DNA from: Mobula hypostoma
Taxonomy: Eukaryota
Assembly: GCF_963921235.1 (NCBI RefSeq)
Contig: NC_086108.1
Span: forward strand, 64,420,001 to 64,484,000
Length of the DNA: 64,000 nucleotides
Direction of reading: 5' to 3'
Below are positions 12,906 to 25,635 of the stretch, one piece after another. How positions within the stretch are numbered: the stretch's first letter is position 1; each line of letters begins with the position of its first letter. The notes below the pieces were generated by a model. The model did no database searches, was not told the DNA's origin, and saw nothing but the letters and a program-made list of their open reading frames with translations. Position numbers and translations under genes: made by a program.

Positions 12906-13289
12906 TCACTGTTACAAATGTCATTCACACAGGAGTTATCTTTTCTCCAGTATAAACTCTTAATTAGATATCTGCAGGATTCAGTTTAGTATCTTTGAAA
13001 TGCCATTCAAGCTCATTTTCTGGAATAACTGAAACAGCCGAGCCATTGTCCAATTCCATTTTAATTAATTTGCCATTCACTTCTGGTTTAAACTATATTC
13101 TCTCCTTTTAGTTTTCACATAGAAAATCTCAAGGCTACACAGTCCTGTGTCACTCTCATCATTATCAGATCTTTCATCAACAACATGCAGATTAATACTC
13201 TTTTTGAAACTGCAATTTGACTTTTTACCTTTATCTCTTCTCTATGCAGTCCATGTATTTTTGACAGACCAATATGTGCTTCCTATGTG

Positions 13290-13955
13290 TCCTATTTTGT
13301 TGCACTTTCAGCAAGTTTCACCTTTAAACCTGCATTGGTCTGGTGTATGTGAGCCCCTGCCACAACAGTAACACAATTTGTTCAGCCAGGCAAGTTTCTG
13401 TTGAGACCTTGTACTTTTGTTCATGCTCACTTTCATTCCTGACTGCAACTCAGTTGCATCTCTGTCTGCTGTTTCCATTGATACAGCTATTTCAACTGCT
13501 CTTTTAAATGTAAGTTGTGTTTCAGTTAGGAGCCATTTTTGGAGGCTTTCTTGTAAGATTCCGCAAACCAAATGATCTCTCAGTGCATCATTAAGCTCAT
13601 ACTGAACCGACAATGCTCAGACAATCTCTTCAATCAGCCATATATGCTGAAATGGACTCCCCTTCCTTCTGATTCCACTTATGAAACCAAAAGCACTCAG
13701 CAAACAACAATGGGTTCATTTCTAAATGTTGCTGCATTACTTTCATTTTCAGCTGGTTTTGTTGGAGCTGTTAAACTTCTAAGCAAACTGTATATCTTTA
13801 AATCCAATGCCCTCAGCAAAATAGGCACTCACTTCTCGTCTCATCAGCTATTTCATTTGCTTTAAAATCCCTCTCAATTCACACAGTACACAATTATCCA
13901 GTTATCTTTTGTGTAATTAAATGTGTCAATCTGTCTGATGTAGCCAGCAATTTCT
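13290..13955 (-). pseudogene. Gypsy gag remnant with CCHC zinc knuckle
   Basis: ORF 13308-13613: LNDALRDHLVCGI..CYCCGRGSHTPDQCRFKGETC. Confidence 0.8.
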
Positions 13956-14206
13956 GTTTATTTTATGATTATCACCAACCAGTGCTCATTGTTTATGAGC
14001 CTGTGAATTCTTCGGTTTTCTAACTTTTTTAACTCAATCATCTTTCCTTTTGCTAAGAAAATGTGCTGCTCCGAAAAAACAAAAACATGCTACAATTCTT
14101 TTTAACTCTACCATTTTTTGCTGCGCTTATTTTTACTCAAATGTCTTGCTGCTCTTCAACAAGTAGGTAGTCGTCTCAGGTTCATTTAAAACTTCCTCGT
14201 TGCCAC

Positions 14207-14451
14207 AGTCATGTTTTGTAACTCCAAAACATAAAACTAATCAATATAAAAACATGAGATTGTGGTATAATGTATCTAACTTCATTCTTTATTTCAAGCA
14301 AGGCACTCATGTATAATGTAAGATGATATATGTCATTCACGTACTGTTACATATAACCCAAAATGAATTATTTAAACAAATAAAGAATACTTAATCAAAC
14401 AATATATTTACAATATCACTCAAATATTACTAAAATATTAAATACACAACA
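14207..14451 (-). repeat. 5' LTR of the Gypsy element
   Basis: Matches 9561-9814 and has the PBS immediately internal. Confidence 0.9.
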
Positions 14452-14854
14452 CATTCCTGAACTTTAAGTTCAAGGTTAAGGCTCATAATCTAATGTAGAA
14501 GTGCAGGAGATGTCTTTTAGATAAAAGTTAAACCACCTGTTCTTTCATATGAGTGCAATAGAAAACATGACAATTAATAGTGTTACAACATCATGATCAT
14601 AATTTCAGTCCAGGGACGGTAGTGTTATTGAGTTTACATGATGGAAAGAAGATGGGGGTTGCAATTATGCAATGCTTTTGACATAAGAATATCCAGTACT
14701 CACCATGGGGGCTTGAGAGAAATTTTGACTCTTTGGCAATTAAGGAAAAATTAGGCGACACAAGAGACTGCAGATGCTGGAACCTGGAGCAACAATTGAT
14801 CTGCTGCAGAAACTTTGCAGTTCAAGCAGCATCTGTAGGTGGAGGAAAGGAACT

Positions 14855-15400
14855 CAAAGTTCAAAGTGTTATTCTCAAAGTGCATACATATCACCATATA
14901 CTACCCTGAGATTCATTTTCTTGTGTGAATTTACAATAGTTACAAGAAAACACAATAGAATCAATGAAAAACTACATACAAAGATAGACAAACAACCAAT
15001 GTACAAAAAAACGACAACTTGTGTGAACACAAAAAGAAAAACAAAATAATAAATAAATAAATAAATATTGAGATCATGAGTTGTAGAGTCCTTGAAAGTG
15101 AGCCCATAATTTTTGGAACCAGTTCAGTCTTAAGGTTGGTGAAATTATCCATTCTGGTTCAGGAGTCTGATGGTTAATAACTGTTCCTGAAACTGATGGT
15201 GTAGGATCTAAGGCCTCTGTACCTCCTTTCTGGTGGCAGCGAGAAGAGAGTGTGGCCTGAGTGATGGAGGTCCTTGACAATGGATGTAGCTTTCTTATGT
15301 AGGCTTTTCCATTTAAGGAGATTGGTGTTTCCATACCAGGCCATTATGCAACCAGACAGTACACTTCTCGCTATGCAAAGAGTTTGTTGATGCTTTAGGT
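14855..15400 (-). mobile_element. Rex1/Babar-type LINE 3' fragment
   Basis: VLSGCIMAWYGN..SIVKDLHHSGHTLFSLPPERRYRGLRS..FRNSY, plus a (ctttgaa)n tail. It is inserted in a Penelope-like end starting near 14757. Confidence 0.8.
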
Positions 15401-15844
15401 GACAATCATTCAATAGTTCCATTTAATATCAGAAAAATGTATGCAATTTACATCCTGAAATTCTTGTTCTTCACAGACATCCACAAAAGCAGGAGATTGC
15501 CCCAAAGAACAAATGGCGGTTAAAACATTAGAACCCCAAAGTCCTCTCCTACCCCCCACCCCACGCACAAACAACGACCCCCCCCGCCCACTTCCGCAAA
15601 AGGCATCAGCACCCTTCTCCAACCAAGCATGCAATAGCAAAGCCTCCAATGCTGAATCTCTGCAAACTTCTTAGGTTGAAACTCTGCATTGGGAAAGATG
15701 AGTTATAATAGTGTATTAGTTATTTCGGTGAAGTTGTAACGTCACTAAGGTAGGAAAAGGTAAGATATCACAAGGAGACACAAGAATGAGAGAAATGAGG
15801 ATTTAAAGGAAGGGCTAAATAGGTGGAGTGAGAGTCAGAAGACC

Positions 15845-16050
15845 AATGTGTGCGTCCTCCCCATGGAATGTGTGGGTCTTCCCTGGTCCTCTAGTTTCCA
15901 TCCACAGTCCAACAACATACCAGGTAGGTGAATTGGTCATTGTAAATTGTTCTGTGATTAGATTGGTGTTGATTTTGTTTGCCAGGGGTTGTTGAGGCTG
16001 CGTGACTCAAAGGGCCTGAAAGGGTCTTCTTCGTGCTGTGTCACTAAATT
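15845..16050 (+). mobile_element. SINE fragment (shark/ray SINE2-like)
   Basis: 'tgcgtcctccccatggaatgtgtgggt...aattggtcattgtaaattg'. Similar copies lie at 58290-58515 (minus) and 59370-59650. Confidence 0.55.
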
Positions 16051-16788
16051 AATTAATTAATTAATAGATTTAACAATAAGCCTTATTTGATTGGCATCAC
16101 GGTCTACACAGAAGAGGATGTGGAAAGCAAAAGCAGCATGGTTGGGAAGTAGGATTTTGGTGAGGAGCAACATCTCTTCAGCCGCGAATCAGCATTCATG
16201 CTAATGACAAAATCTACATCTCCTTTGTGCTCTGTATGGGTCTTGTGTACAGGAGAGAGCAGAAACACTGGAGGAAATTGTGAAGCAGATCTGCAAGACC
16301 TGGATCAGGCTGGTTGGAGAGCACAGGGCAGAAGGTCCTGTCATGTTATCTCTGATGAGCACTTAAACACCAATAACAGTGGTTATCAGAGCAGCTTGGG
16401 TTGCTGTACTTCAAGGAAACTGTGTCAAGTATCACAATTCACTGTTTGTGTTTGCTGGGAGAAGAATCGAGGGCAGCAAAGTCTCATTCAATGGAGATCT
16501 CAGCTAAGAAAAAATATTGAGTGATAAATCAGACTGAGGATCAGCAGAAAAAGAGAGAAATTATAGTTCACACTATTGACATCATTACTGATTATCTCAG
16601 ACAGGCACTAACATTGTGCCTTTACCAAAGGCAATAATTGTAAAACTGACACTTAAACCACACTAAATCACCTGACTATTTTGTCTTTCCGTGGCCATTT
16701 AGGCTATTTCCAGTGGGTCCTCATTTCCTGTAATTTGTCCAATATCATTTCAATGCAGTTAAGTCATTTGATTAGTATATATGAAATA

Positions 16789-17741
16789 CAGTGGATTCTG
16801 GTTAACTGGGCTCAATTAAGCAGCTGCCCTAATTAGCCAAAGTTTCATGGAAATAGTTAGAAAGGTATAAAAAAAAGACCAACTACATTTAACTGAGTAA
16901 CAAATTATGTATTTAAGTGAAATACAGAACAAATTAGAACACTACCAATACTACTAGATTACTATAAAATTGTGTATTAGTTCCTAATATTTTTGGACAG
17001 GGAAACTCAGCATACATTGTCACATTCTTTTGATTAACAAAAACAGTGCTCTAGGTAATAGAGTGCCTTTATACAACGCTATCAATGATTGCATCCTCCA
17101 AATCTTCATTCTCATTCTAACATTCAAGATGATTGGCGATACCATCAGATTCTTCGTAACTTGTTGAAGTAGCGAAATCATTTCACTTACACTCCCAGTC
17201 GTTTCTGGCATCTCCAAGCCTGAATATTGAAACTGCAGTAAGCAAAACAGTTCTGAATTGTCTTACTGCTTATTTTTCACCAACTATCAGTGGCAGAAAT
17301 CACTGTTTCTTGAACACAAGCACATGCGACTGACACTATCTAAACACTGTTCATTCTAAGCACGGTGCAGTGTCTAATGGCCATGTACGAGGGATGATTG
17401 ATACGTTCGTAGCCTAAGGTAGAAGGAGATGAGTTATACAGCTCTCATTACATGCACATGCAGTTCAATGCTTTGAGTGATTATGCAGAAAGTTTAAAGT
17501 TAATAACTCATCTCCTTCTACCTTAGGCCACGAACTTATCAATCACCCTCATAAGTGCACGCGTCTGACACAAGCTAGAAACTATTTGCCAAATGTCCCC
17601 TGCCCCAATTCAATGTCTTAGTGTCCCAAATAAATGAAGTAAATCCCAGCTATTTTCTTGATTAGCTTTTGTTCTTTAAGAGTTGTTCCAAATAAGTGGC
17701 TGCCCCAATTAACCATTCACCCAAATAACCAGAATCCACTG
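16789..17741. mobile_element. Tigger/pogo-like non-autonomous DNA transposon
   Basis: Perfect TIR cagtggattctggtta / taaccagaatccactg with TA on both sides. Confidence 0.9.
17388..17551. mobile_element. Short mariner-like MITE nested in the Tigger element
   Basis: Same TIR family as 9238-9549, with ~50 bp inverted arms and TA flanks. Confidence 0.9.
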
Positions 17742-18296
17742 TATCTTGAAATTGATTGGAACACATTCAGAATCTGTTCAAACACACCAGATCACTAAAG
17801 AAAAATCTCCAAGAAGATTGTTTTAAGTTTCCAGCACAAAAACAGCTGCTTTTTTTCATCCATCCATGTAAGCTTCATGTTTTGCAAGCACGTTCAACCA
17901 CATGAATCATGGTTTTCTCTAAATTAAAAGGAGAAAAAGTTGAACATTTTCAGCTGTTCGGGCAACATCCATGGAGAACAAAAATACTAGGTTGATGACC
18001 TATTTTATTTCCTTAAAATGGGAAAGAAAATATCAGTAATTGGCTTTAATGTCTATGTTTAAATTGCAGAACAGGAGAAAGGATAGAAGGAATAAAGGGA
18101 ATATTCATGACAGGGCAGAAATCAGGAGAGTTGGTTGAGAGAGGGTGGTGAAGGCTTCTACAGGAAGTGTATATGGTCGGAGATAAATGAGAATGGAGGA
18201 GAGAAAAAAATTGCTGGAACTGTGAGATAGAACATATGGCAGTTTCTAGAAATTTGATATTTAAAAGGAGAATGCTAGTAATCCCCAGTAGGTAAA

Positions 18297-19460
18297 CCAC
18301 ACAGGAGATTAGTGTGCAAACTTAAAGCACACGGTATTGGGGGTAAGGTATTGGTGTGGGTGGAGAATTGGTTAGCAGACAGGAAGCAAAGAGTGGGAAT
18401 AAACGGGACCTTTTCAGAATGGCAGACGGTGACTAGTGGGGTACCGCAAGGCTCAGTGCTGGGACCCCAGTTGTTTACAATATATATTAATGACTTGGAT
18501 GAGGGAATTAAATGCAGCATCTCCAAGTTTGCGGATGACACAAAGCTGGGCGGCAGTGTTAGCAGTGAGGAGGATGCTAAGAGGATGCAGGGTGACTTGG
18601 ATAGGTTGGGTGAGTGGGCAAACTCATGGCAGATGCAATTTAATGTGGATAAATGTGAAGTTATCCACTTTGGTGGCAAAAATAGGAAAACAGATTATTA
18701 TCTGAATGGTGGCCGATTAGGAAAAGGGGAGGTGCAACGAGACCTGGGTGTCATTATACACCAGTCATTGAAAGTGGGCATGCAGGTACAGCAGGCGGTG
18801 AAAAAGGCGAATGGTATGCTGGCATTTATAGCGAGAGGATTCGAGTACAGGAGCAGGGAGGTACTACTGCAGTTGTACAAGGCCTTGGTGAGACCACACC
18901 TGGAGTATTGTGTGCAGTTTTGGTCCCCTAATCTGAGGAAAGACATCTTTGCCATAGAGGGAGTACAAAGAAGGTTCACCAGATTGATTCCTAGGATGGC
19001 AGGTCTTTCATATGAAGAAAGACTGGATGAACTGGGCTTGTACTCGTTGGAATTTAGAAGATTGAGGGGGGATCTGATTGAAACGTATAAGATCCTAAAG
19101 GGATTGGACAGGCTAGATGCGGGAAGATTGTTCCTGATGTTGGGGAGGTCTAGAACGAGGGGTCACAGTTTGAGGATAGAGGGGAAGCCTTTTAGGACCG
19201 AGGTTAGGAAAAACTTCTTCACACAGAGAGTGGTGAATCTGTGGAATTCTCTGCCACAGCAAACTGTTGAGGCCAGTTCATTAGCTATGTTTAAAAGGAA
19301 GTTAGATATGGCCCTTGTGGCTACAGGGGTCAGGGGGTATGGAGGGAAGGCTGGGTTCTGAGTTGGATGATCAGCCATGATCATAATAAATGGCGGTGCA
19401 GGCTTGAAGGGCCGAATGGCCTACTCCTGCACCTATTTTCTATGTTTCTATGTTTCTATG
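18297..19460 (+). mobile_element. Young 5'-truncated CR1 LINE with an open ORF2 C-terminus (RT)
   Basis: A 349-aa uninterrupted ORF (18312-19361) with SGVPQGSVLGP, FADDTKL and YKALVRPHLEYC. Ends in a (TTTCTATG)3 tail. Confidence 0.97.
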
Positions 19461-19469
19461 CCATTACTG

Positions 19470-20190
19470 GGAGCTTAGGATCAACCTTGCAGGCTGAGCA
19501 GAGGTATTCTGCAAAGCAGTCACTAAACCTGTGGTTGGTTTCTACGATACAGAGGAGACCAGAGCTTGAACATCAATCCCAGTACATTAAATTGAAAATA
19601 GGGAACGTGAATCATAGCTTTACCCGAAAGCTCTCTTTGGGTCTGGAAGATATAGAAGTGCAGGTGTTGTGCCTCTTATGATTGGTTGGGAAGGCACTGT
19701 GAAAGGACATAGGATGTTGATGGATATGGATGAATGATCTTAGGGATCACAGAAAGAATGGTCCTTTCAGAATATTGAGAAGGTAGGGGAGTAGAAGTCA
19801 TCTTATTGACTGTGGCAGAAATTGCAGAGGGTGACTCCTTGAATGTGGAATTTGGTGGGATGAAAGATTAGGCAAATGGGAATCCTATCCTTCTCTGTGT
19901 GAGAGGAGTAGTGGTGAGAACAGAATTGTGGGGAAAGGAACAGACATAAAGGTGAAGCTTTTCCACCATGCTGGAGGGAAAGCTATAGTCAAGGAAAGAG
20001 AAAGAAAACCCATAGCATTGTTGTGAAAGGGTTATCATGAGTAAATATAACACAGTTACAGAAACTGGAAAAACAGGGTATTGGCCCAAAACGTCGACTG
20101 TACTTTTTTCCACAGTTGCTGCCAGGCCTGCTGAGTTCCTCCAGCATTTTGTGTGTGTTAATCGGATTTCCAGCATCTGCAGATTTGCTC
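19470..20190. mobile_element. Penelope-like element remnants
   Basis: Degenerate GIY-YIG-like sequence on the minus strand at ~19500-19600. The terminal motif 'cccaaaacgtcgactg...cctgctgagttcctccagcattttgtgtgtg' is shared with the element at 25636-26030. Confidence 0.6.
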
Positions 20191-21289
20191 TCGGTTATGC
20201 TATGGTCATTGACCATTTGCTTTGCTCTCCATCTGAGTATCAGCCCTGGTTTGACCTTTGGGCTCAACTTTCAGATTTGCACGGAACTCTGACTTTCATG
20301 ACTCCCATCTGTACCTGCGTCTTGCCGCCCATAAGGACTTCCAGCCCACTGGCCTGGGGATCGTTGATCTCCTCGGTGTCTGCTGACCTGACCTCCGAGA
20401 TTGCTGATATTTAATAACAGAGTGCTCTGACCTGAACTTGAACTCCTTCCCAAGCTCTTCCTTTACTGCCCTGACCTCGGTCCTGTCACTGGACCTTAAA
20501 CTGACCCCTAACTCCCTGCGCTGTCTCCAAAACTGACCCTACAAATCAATATGAAATAATTAAGTCTGAGTCACAATGTCAGTGGATTTCATATCCCGAT
20601 GTCACATGAACCAATTACTGCCCAGGGCAGGTGTGCGGAAATATATAGTACTGTTTTCTCAGGTTACAACCTGTACTCAGCTTCAGAAATAACCTATCTT
20701 GAACTATCATCCCCAAAATATGCCAATCCCATCAAGAACTGAAGGAGGTCAATTCACTTTATTTAAGATGTTAAGAAATTTTGGCAGAGACACTGATACA
20801 CTTCCCCAACTATTGCCCCCCTAATCCTGCCCAAAGATCTTGTCATGAGTAGATAAATTATGGTTGAAGCTACAGGAAAGTACCCATCAGGATTCGTCAT
20901 GATTCATTTTTGTTGACGGCTAATCAGCTTTGTGCTGTGAAGTAATGTTTAATTCGACAAATGGCTTACATAGATAGATATGAGGTTCTTACCATATCAA
21001 GAAGCCATCATAGAGCAATTCTCTTGCTTGGTACACTTGAATAAATTCGGGGCAATCTTACAGCACACCTCAACAGGTATCTCATGATTGATTACAGATT
21101 GATGCAAACACTCATGTGGAGATAGGGCTCTTGCAGTCAGAAAAAAGGCAGTACATTATTGGAATTATGTGAAGTGATGTGGATTCATTCGCAGGGTAAA
21201 AGTTTCAGTTGCGGGGGTGCGGTTTTTAAATCTGCTCTGCAAGGAAGCTGAGAAAGGGATGTGAGTTGGTTTCATATGATTATGCTATA

Positions 21290-21870
21290 CGAGGGGTGAT
21301 GGATAAGAATTGAATTGAATTGAATGATCTTTATTGTCATTATGCTTAGGTACAATGAAACTCGGCTTTGCTTCCTCTCAGGCAATTAAATAAAGTGGTA
21401 GATAAAAACAAGACAGTAATAGAAAAACAGTATTAAATAGATAAGTAGCAGAAAATAAGTTGCAGCGGCACCAGAATATCACAATAATGCACGAAGTGCC
21501 ATTAGTGCAAGTATTTGAGTCCTTGTGTATGCTTGTGTGAGCTCACAGTTTCAGTCATTGTTCTGTGGGAGTAGTGTGACGGAGGCCACAGTTCGTGGAC
21601 TAAGGTAGAAGGAGTCAATTTTAGAAAACCTAGCACATTTATTTTTCAACATAGTCCCTTCCTACATTTACACACTTAGTCCAGCGGTCGTGGAGCATAC
21701 AGATCCCTTCTTTGTAGAGTCGGTGTCCTGAACCTCTGGAAAGTGGTCCACAGCAGGGGTGATTGATAAATTTGTGGCCTAAGGTAGAAGGAGATGAGTT
21801 ATACAGCTCTTGTTACATGCAAGTGCAGTTAAACTCTTCGAGTGATTATGCAGAAAGTTTGAAGTTAATA
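21290..21870. mobile_element. mariner-like MITE interrupted by a LINE tail (~21309-21589)
   Basis: The TIR cgaggggtgatggataag is split from 'ttcgtggactaaggtagaagg' by an insert tailed with (aattg)n. The body matches 9238-9549. Confidence 0.8.
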
Positions 21871-24393
21871 GCTAAATTTGGAAAACTTGTGCTTACCAAC
21901 CAGCACCTCAAACAGAAAACTCTATTTGAAGGAGCAAAATACCAATTAGCAATTTAAACACCATTATGAACATGCATCTGGCAGAATGAACCCCTTAGGT
22001 ATGATTTTATTATTTGCAGTAACTAAAAATATGAAATTTTAAATTATGTTTGGTTGGACATCATTACCTTGCAAATGAATCAAGCAAACATCAAAACTAT
22101 ATAACATTAGTTCACAGATAGCAGATTGAAGTTAAGCAGTTAGCCCTCAAGTGAAAATTTTATTCCACAGTTCTAGAATAGGTGTGTCACTTGGGGTAGT
22201 ACTTGGATTTAGCCCGTGCAGATCAACCAGCGATTATAGACCTGAGTGTAACCTATTAGAAAAATACTGTATGTGTATGATCAGGATTGGGATATAGCTG
22301 TAAGGAACAAGTGGCATCTCTATCCAAGCTCACATAAAGGAAATGGCTCCTAGATTTGGAGCTGGATGCTGCAGGGAGCAGGAAGAATGGCCCATGGATT
22401 CTGTTATGTGGAAAGGATAAAGAGAAATGACACAATTCGGAGGGGCTCCTTGAAAATGCCATGCAAAAAGTCCATCAGAAAACTGACCACTGCACATTTA
22501 ACTCTTTGGCTTAATGCAGTTTTCATTTCAAAATGATACATCTTGTTTAATATTGGAATCAATCAAACCCTATGCTCTTCCGAGCAAACCATTTTTATTT
22601 AAGAAATTATTGGGCTAAAACCACTAATTCATTATGACACAGTGTATGAATGCCTGTGCTATTTTAATGAGTCAAGAAAATAAAGAAATATATCATGTAC
22701 AGAAGTAATTTAGTTTAAACTTTTAAGTTTTCTCAGCGTGATATGAGTCAGTTAGTCCAGAATGGCAAAATATATTCTACCTATTTTACACATCATAGGA
22801 AATAGGTGTATTTCAAAGCATGCCCACTGACTGAGATATCCTGCAATAATTTATGATGAAGGTGCTTTAGGGAAAGTGTACACATACCTTCAGGTGAATT
22901 TCTCTGCTTTGGTTTAATGTAGGCACTGTCAGGTCTGTTTAATGAGTTGGTTCCCTCTGGTGTATCATGCTTTTACAATATGAAAGTCACGATTACTTTG
23001 TTTATATCCAGAAAGGGAACAGTAATGGTCTGTGTACAAGGTGATACTTTGTCACAGATAAATCATTCGTCTTATAAATCACTTGTACTAGGAGAGGTCC
23101 ATTTGAGGCATCCAGCAGGATCCAATATTTTATTGGGAAAAAAGTGCATTTAATTTTTTCTTATTTTTTTCATCTTATTTCCTCTTGTTTCTTAACCATA
23201 TCATGGGAACAGAAACCATTGTTTGCTCCTCCTGTATCTTCAAAGCTACTCTCTGTGACACCAGGATATAGAAAATGATTCAGGTAATTTTGTATGTTAT
23301 AAATGGAGAGGATAAGTTTCATCAAATTTGTGACAGTAGTTTAATTTATGAAATGTCATTATTAAATCAATAATTTCTACTTAAGCTATCCTTCTGCTGT
23401 TCAGTTCTTCTGATTGATAAAGCTTTCAGCAGACCTTACTAGTGCTAGTTTTGTGAGAGGATGGCAAGGTTGTTAAGGCTGTGTCTCCATTCACGAATGA
23501 AGTAAAGGGCAAATAAAGTCAAAGTGGATGTCAGTCCTGTATTTTAGTAGTGATAAACTTCTAATAGCATTCGACAATATTAGTGCTCAGCAAAATATAA
23601 GTTAATTAAGCAGCCAGAAGAAAGCCACATCTAGCAAAGTTAACAGTGATGACAGAATAAGAATGCATTAATATCATGAAATGCAAAGGATATTGCAGAC
23701 ATTAATTGTCAAATGATTCCCATTGAGGTGTCTCTGCAGAGACATGGGCGGAATTGAGAAAGAATAATACTGCAACAAATGTGGCAGCTTCTTAAAAAGT
23801 TGACTGAGGTAAAAGGGCAGCCATGAAAGTTTTATTAAATTACCTAAGTCTGTGTTGGGACCACTATCCATGTAAAACAAATAATATAGATGACAGTATT
23901 GAGACTATGTTAAAAACTGCAGACAACAGTAGAGTTCAAATTGTATAGCAGTCAAAAAAATGAAAACCTAATGTCATAAACAACAAGAGGGAGAAGAAAT
24001 TGGTAACCCTTCAAGAGCTGCAGGAGGATAATTTCTTGAAGCTGACAACTTCGCAAAGGTTAGAAATACTACTCATGCTTCATTTACAATAAAGTAATAC
24101 CTACAATATATTTTAGTTTGGTTTTAAATAGAAATCTACCAGATTCTAGTTATTTTCTAGCTGAGGTATTTATCATTCAACATAATACCATGCCTATTTA
24201 AAGGAAATGCTACTACTAGTTTGTGTATGTAAATTTTGGAATAAAATTGACCATAAAACAAATTATTAAGATTAATTTTGGTTGAATTGATTGCAAGCCT
24301 TTAATTCATATGCCCAAATATATTATTGTGGCAAAAGTCATGAATATAAAAGACAAGTTTTACGATTTTAGTTATGAACTAACTAAATCATGT

Positions 24394-24588
24394 CCCGCTT
24401 GGTGGTGCAATAATATCAGCGCCGGACTCCGGAGCAAAGGTTCCCGAGTTCGAATCCAAGTCAGGTTGAGTGCTGAGTTAGCAACTTGGCCTCGTAAAAA
24501 CAAGAATAGCTTGCTACTGAAACACCGTCAAAAGACGGTGCCCCGATAACTCCACTGCCAAGTTAAGGGCTATTCTTCTTCTTCTCTT
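24394..24588 (+). mobile_element. tRNA-derived SINE with (CTT)n tail
   Basis: A-box-like tggtggtgcaat and B-box gagttcgaatcc. 15-bp TSD ctaactaaatcatgt at 24379-24393 and 24589-24603. Confidence 0.9.
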
Positions 24589-25635
24589 CTAACTAAATCA
24601 TGTTTTCTGTAATTGAATAGTGAATTGTATTTCAATATATTAATGTAAACATGCATAATGAATATAAAATGGCTTAGATTTAATCTTGAATGATCTCTGT
24701 GATAAATACAACATTTTTACTAACCTTGTGTTCCTTTCATACTTCCAGTTGTGATAGTCTTTTAACTGAGAACTATGTATAATTTATTTGGTGTTCTCAG
24801 CAGCCATATCATTGCAATGGCACAGTGTCAAAAGCCAGGGCTCAGTAATGTTATAGCCAGGGGGAATGATGGGTAATTTAACAAAACCAAGTCAATGTGC
24901 CCTGAAACAACTACCAACTTCTATGAAAAAGCTTTCTCCTAGATTCTCAGCTTTCTCATTTTGTGTTAAAACAGTGGATTAAGACGTTAAGGCAGAAGTT
25001 CAACACTTTCTTTTGGTGTCTATAAACAAACACTTTGAATGATAAGTCTTTTGTGAAAGTGAAAGAAGCATTCCTGGGGAGGAATCCAAAGACAGTGACT
25101 CTCTCCAGGGATCACAGATTCAAGCAATAAATATTCAGAATATCCATTGACACTTAACGCAGTCACCAAAGGAATATGGAAAAACTAGGATTCTTCTACT
25201 CCCAGCAATATTGGCAAGAGGTAAGAGGAATTAATAATCACTTGGTTCATCCAAGATCATCTTAATTTGCCTCTGTTCCATTTTGACTCTATTCTCCAGA
25301 ACAAGACAGAGGCTGATTGTTGTAGTTTAGTTGCAATGAAACCCAGATATCAGCTTGTCTAATAAAAATGTAATTGAGAATTAAATTAAAGGAAGAGGCA
25401 TTATTATCATTTTTAAACACAGGAGCATATTATACTGTAAAGACTTTAAAATATACCGTGGAGAAGATTCATGTGGAAACTGCCCCATCCACACAGTTAA
25501 GTGTGAGGTCAGCTGGTGTTTCTTTTATTCTTTGTGAAGAGTGAGAAATAGTATAACACTTACCCCAAACATAAGTCTAAAATAATTTACTCCATTGTAA
25601 GTTTCCAACCAGAAGAACGGACAAATTTAAAAGGG

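Larger units (their letters stand above)
9561..14451 (-). mobile_element. Degenerate Gypsy (Mag-like) LTR retrotransposon with captured host cDNA and nested insertions
   Basis: Direct LTRs at 9561-9814 and 14207-14451. PBS tggcaacgagg at 14195-14205 (rc) and PPT at 9815-9826 (rc). Near-perfect 5-bp TSD tattc/cattc. Gag reads LRDHLVCG..LTFKRAVEIA..CYCCGRGSHTPDQC, protease reads MELDNGSAVSVI, and the pol C-terminal tail reads ERHYPTRIRNPP. Confidence 0.92.

Noticed and set aside
24394..24470. tRNA gene (also 60861-60930)
   Set aside because: The tRNA-like heads continue into SINE bodies with tails and TSDs.
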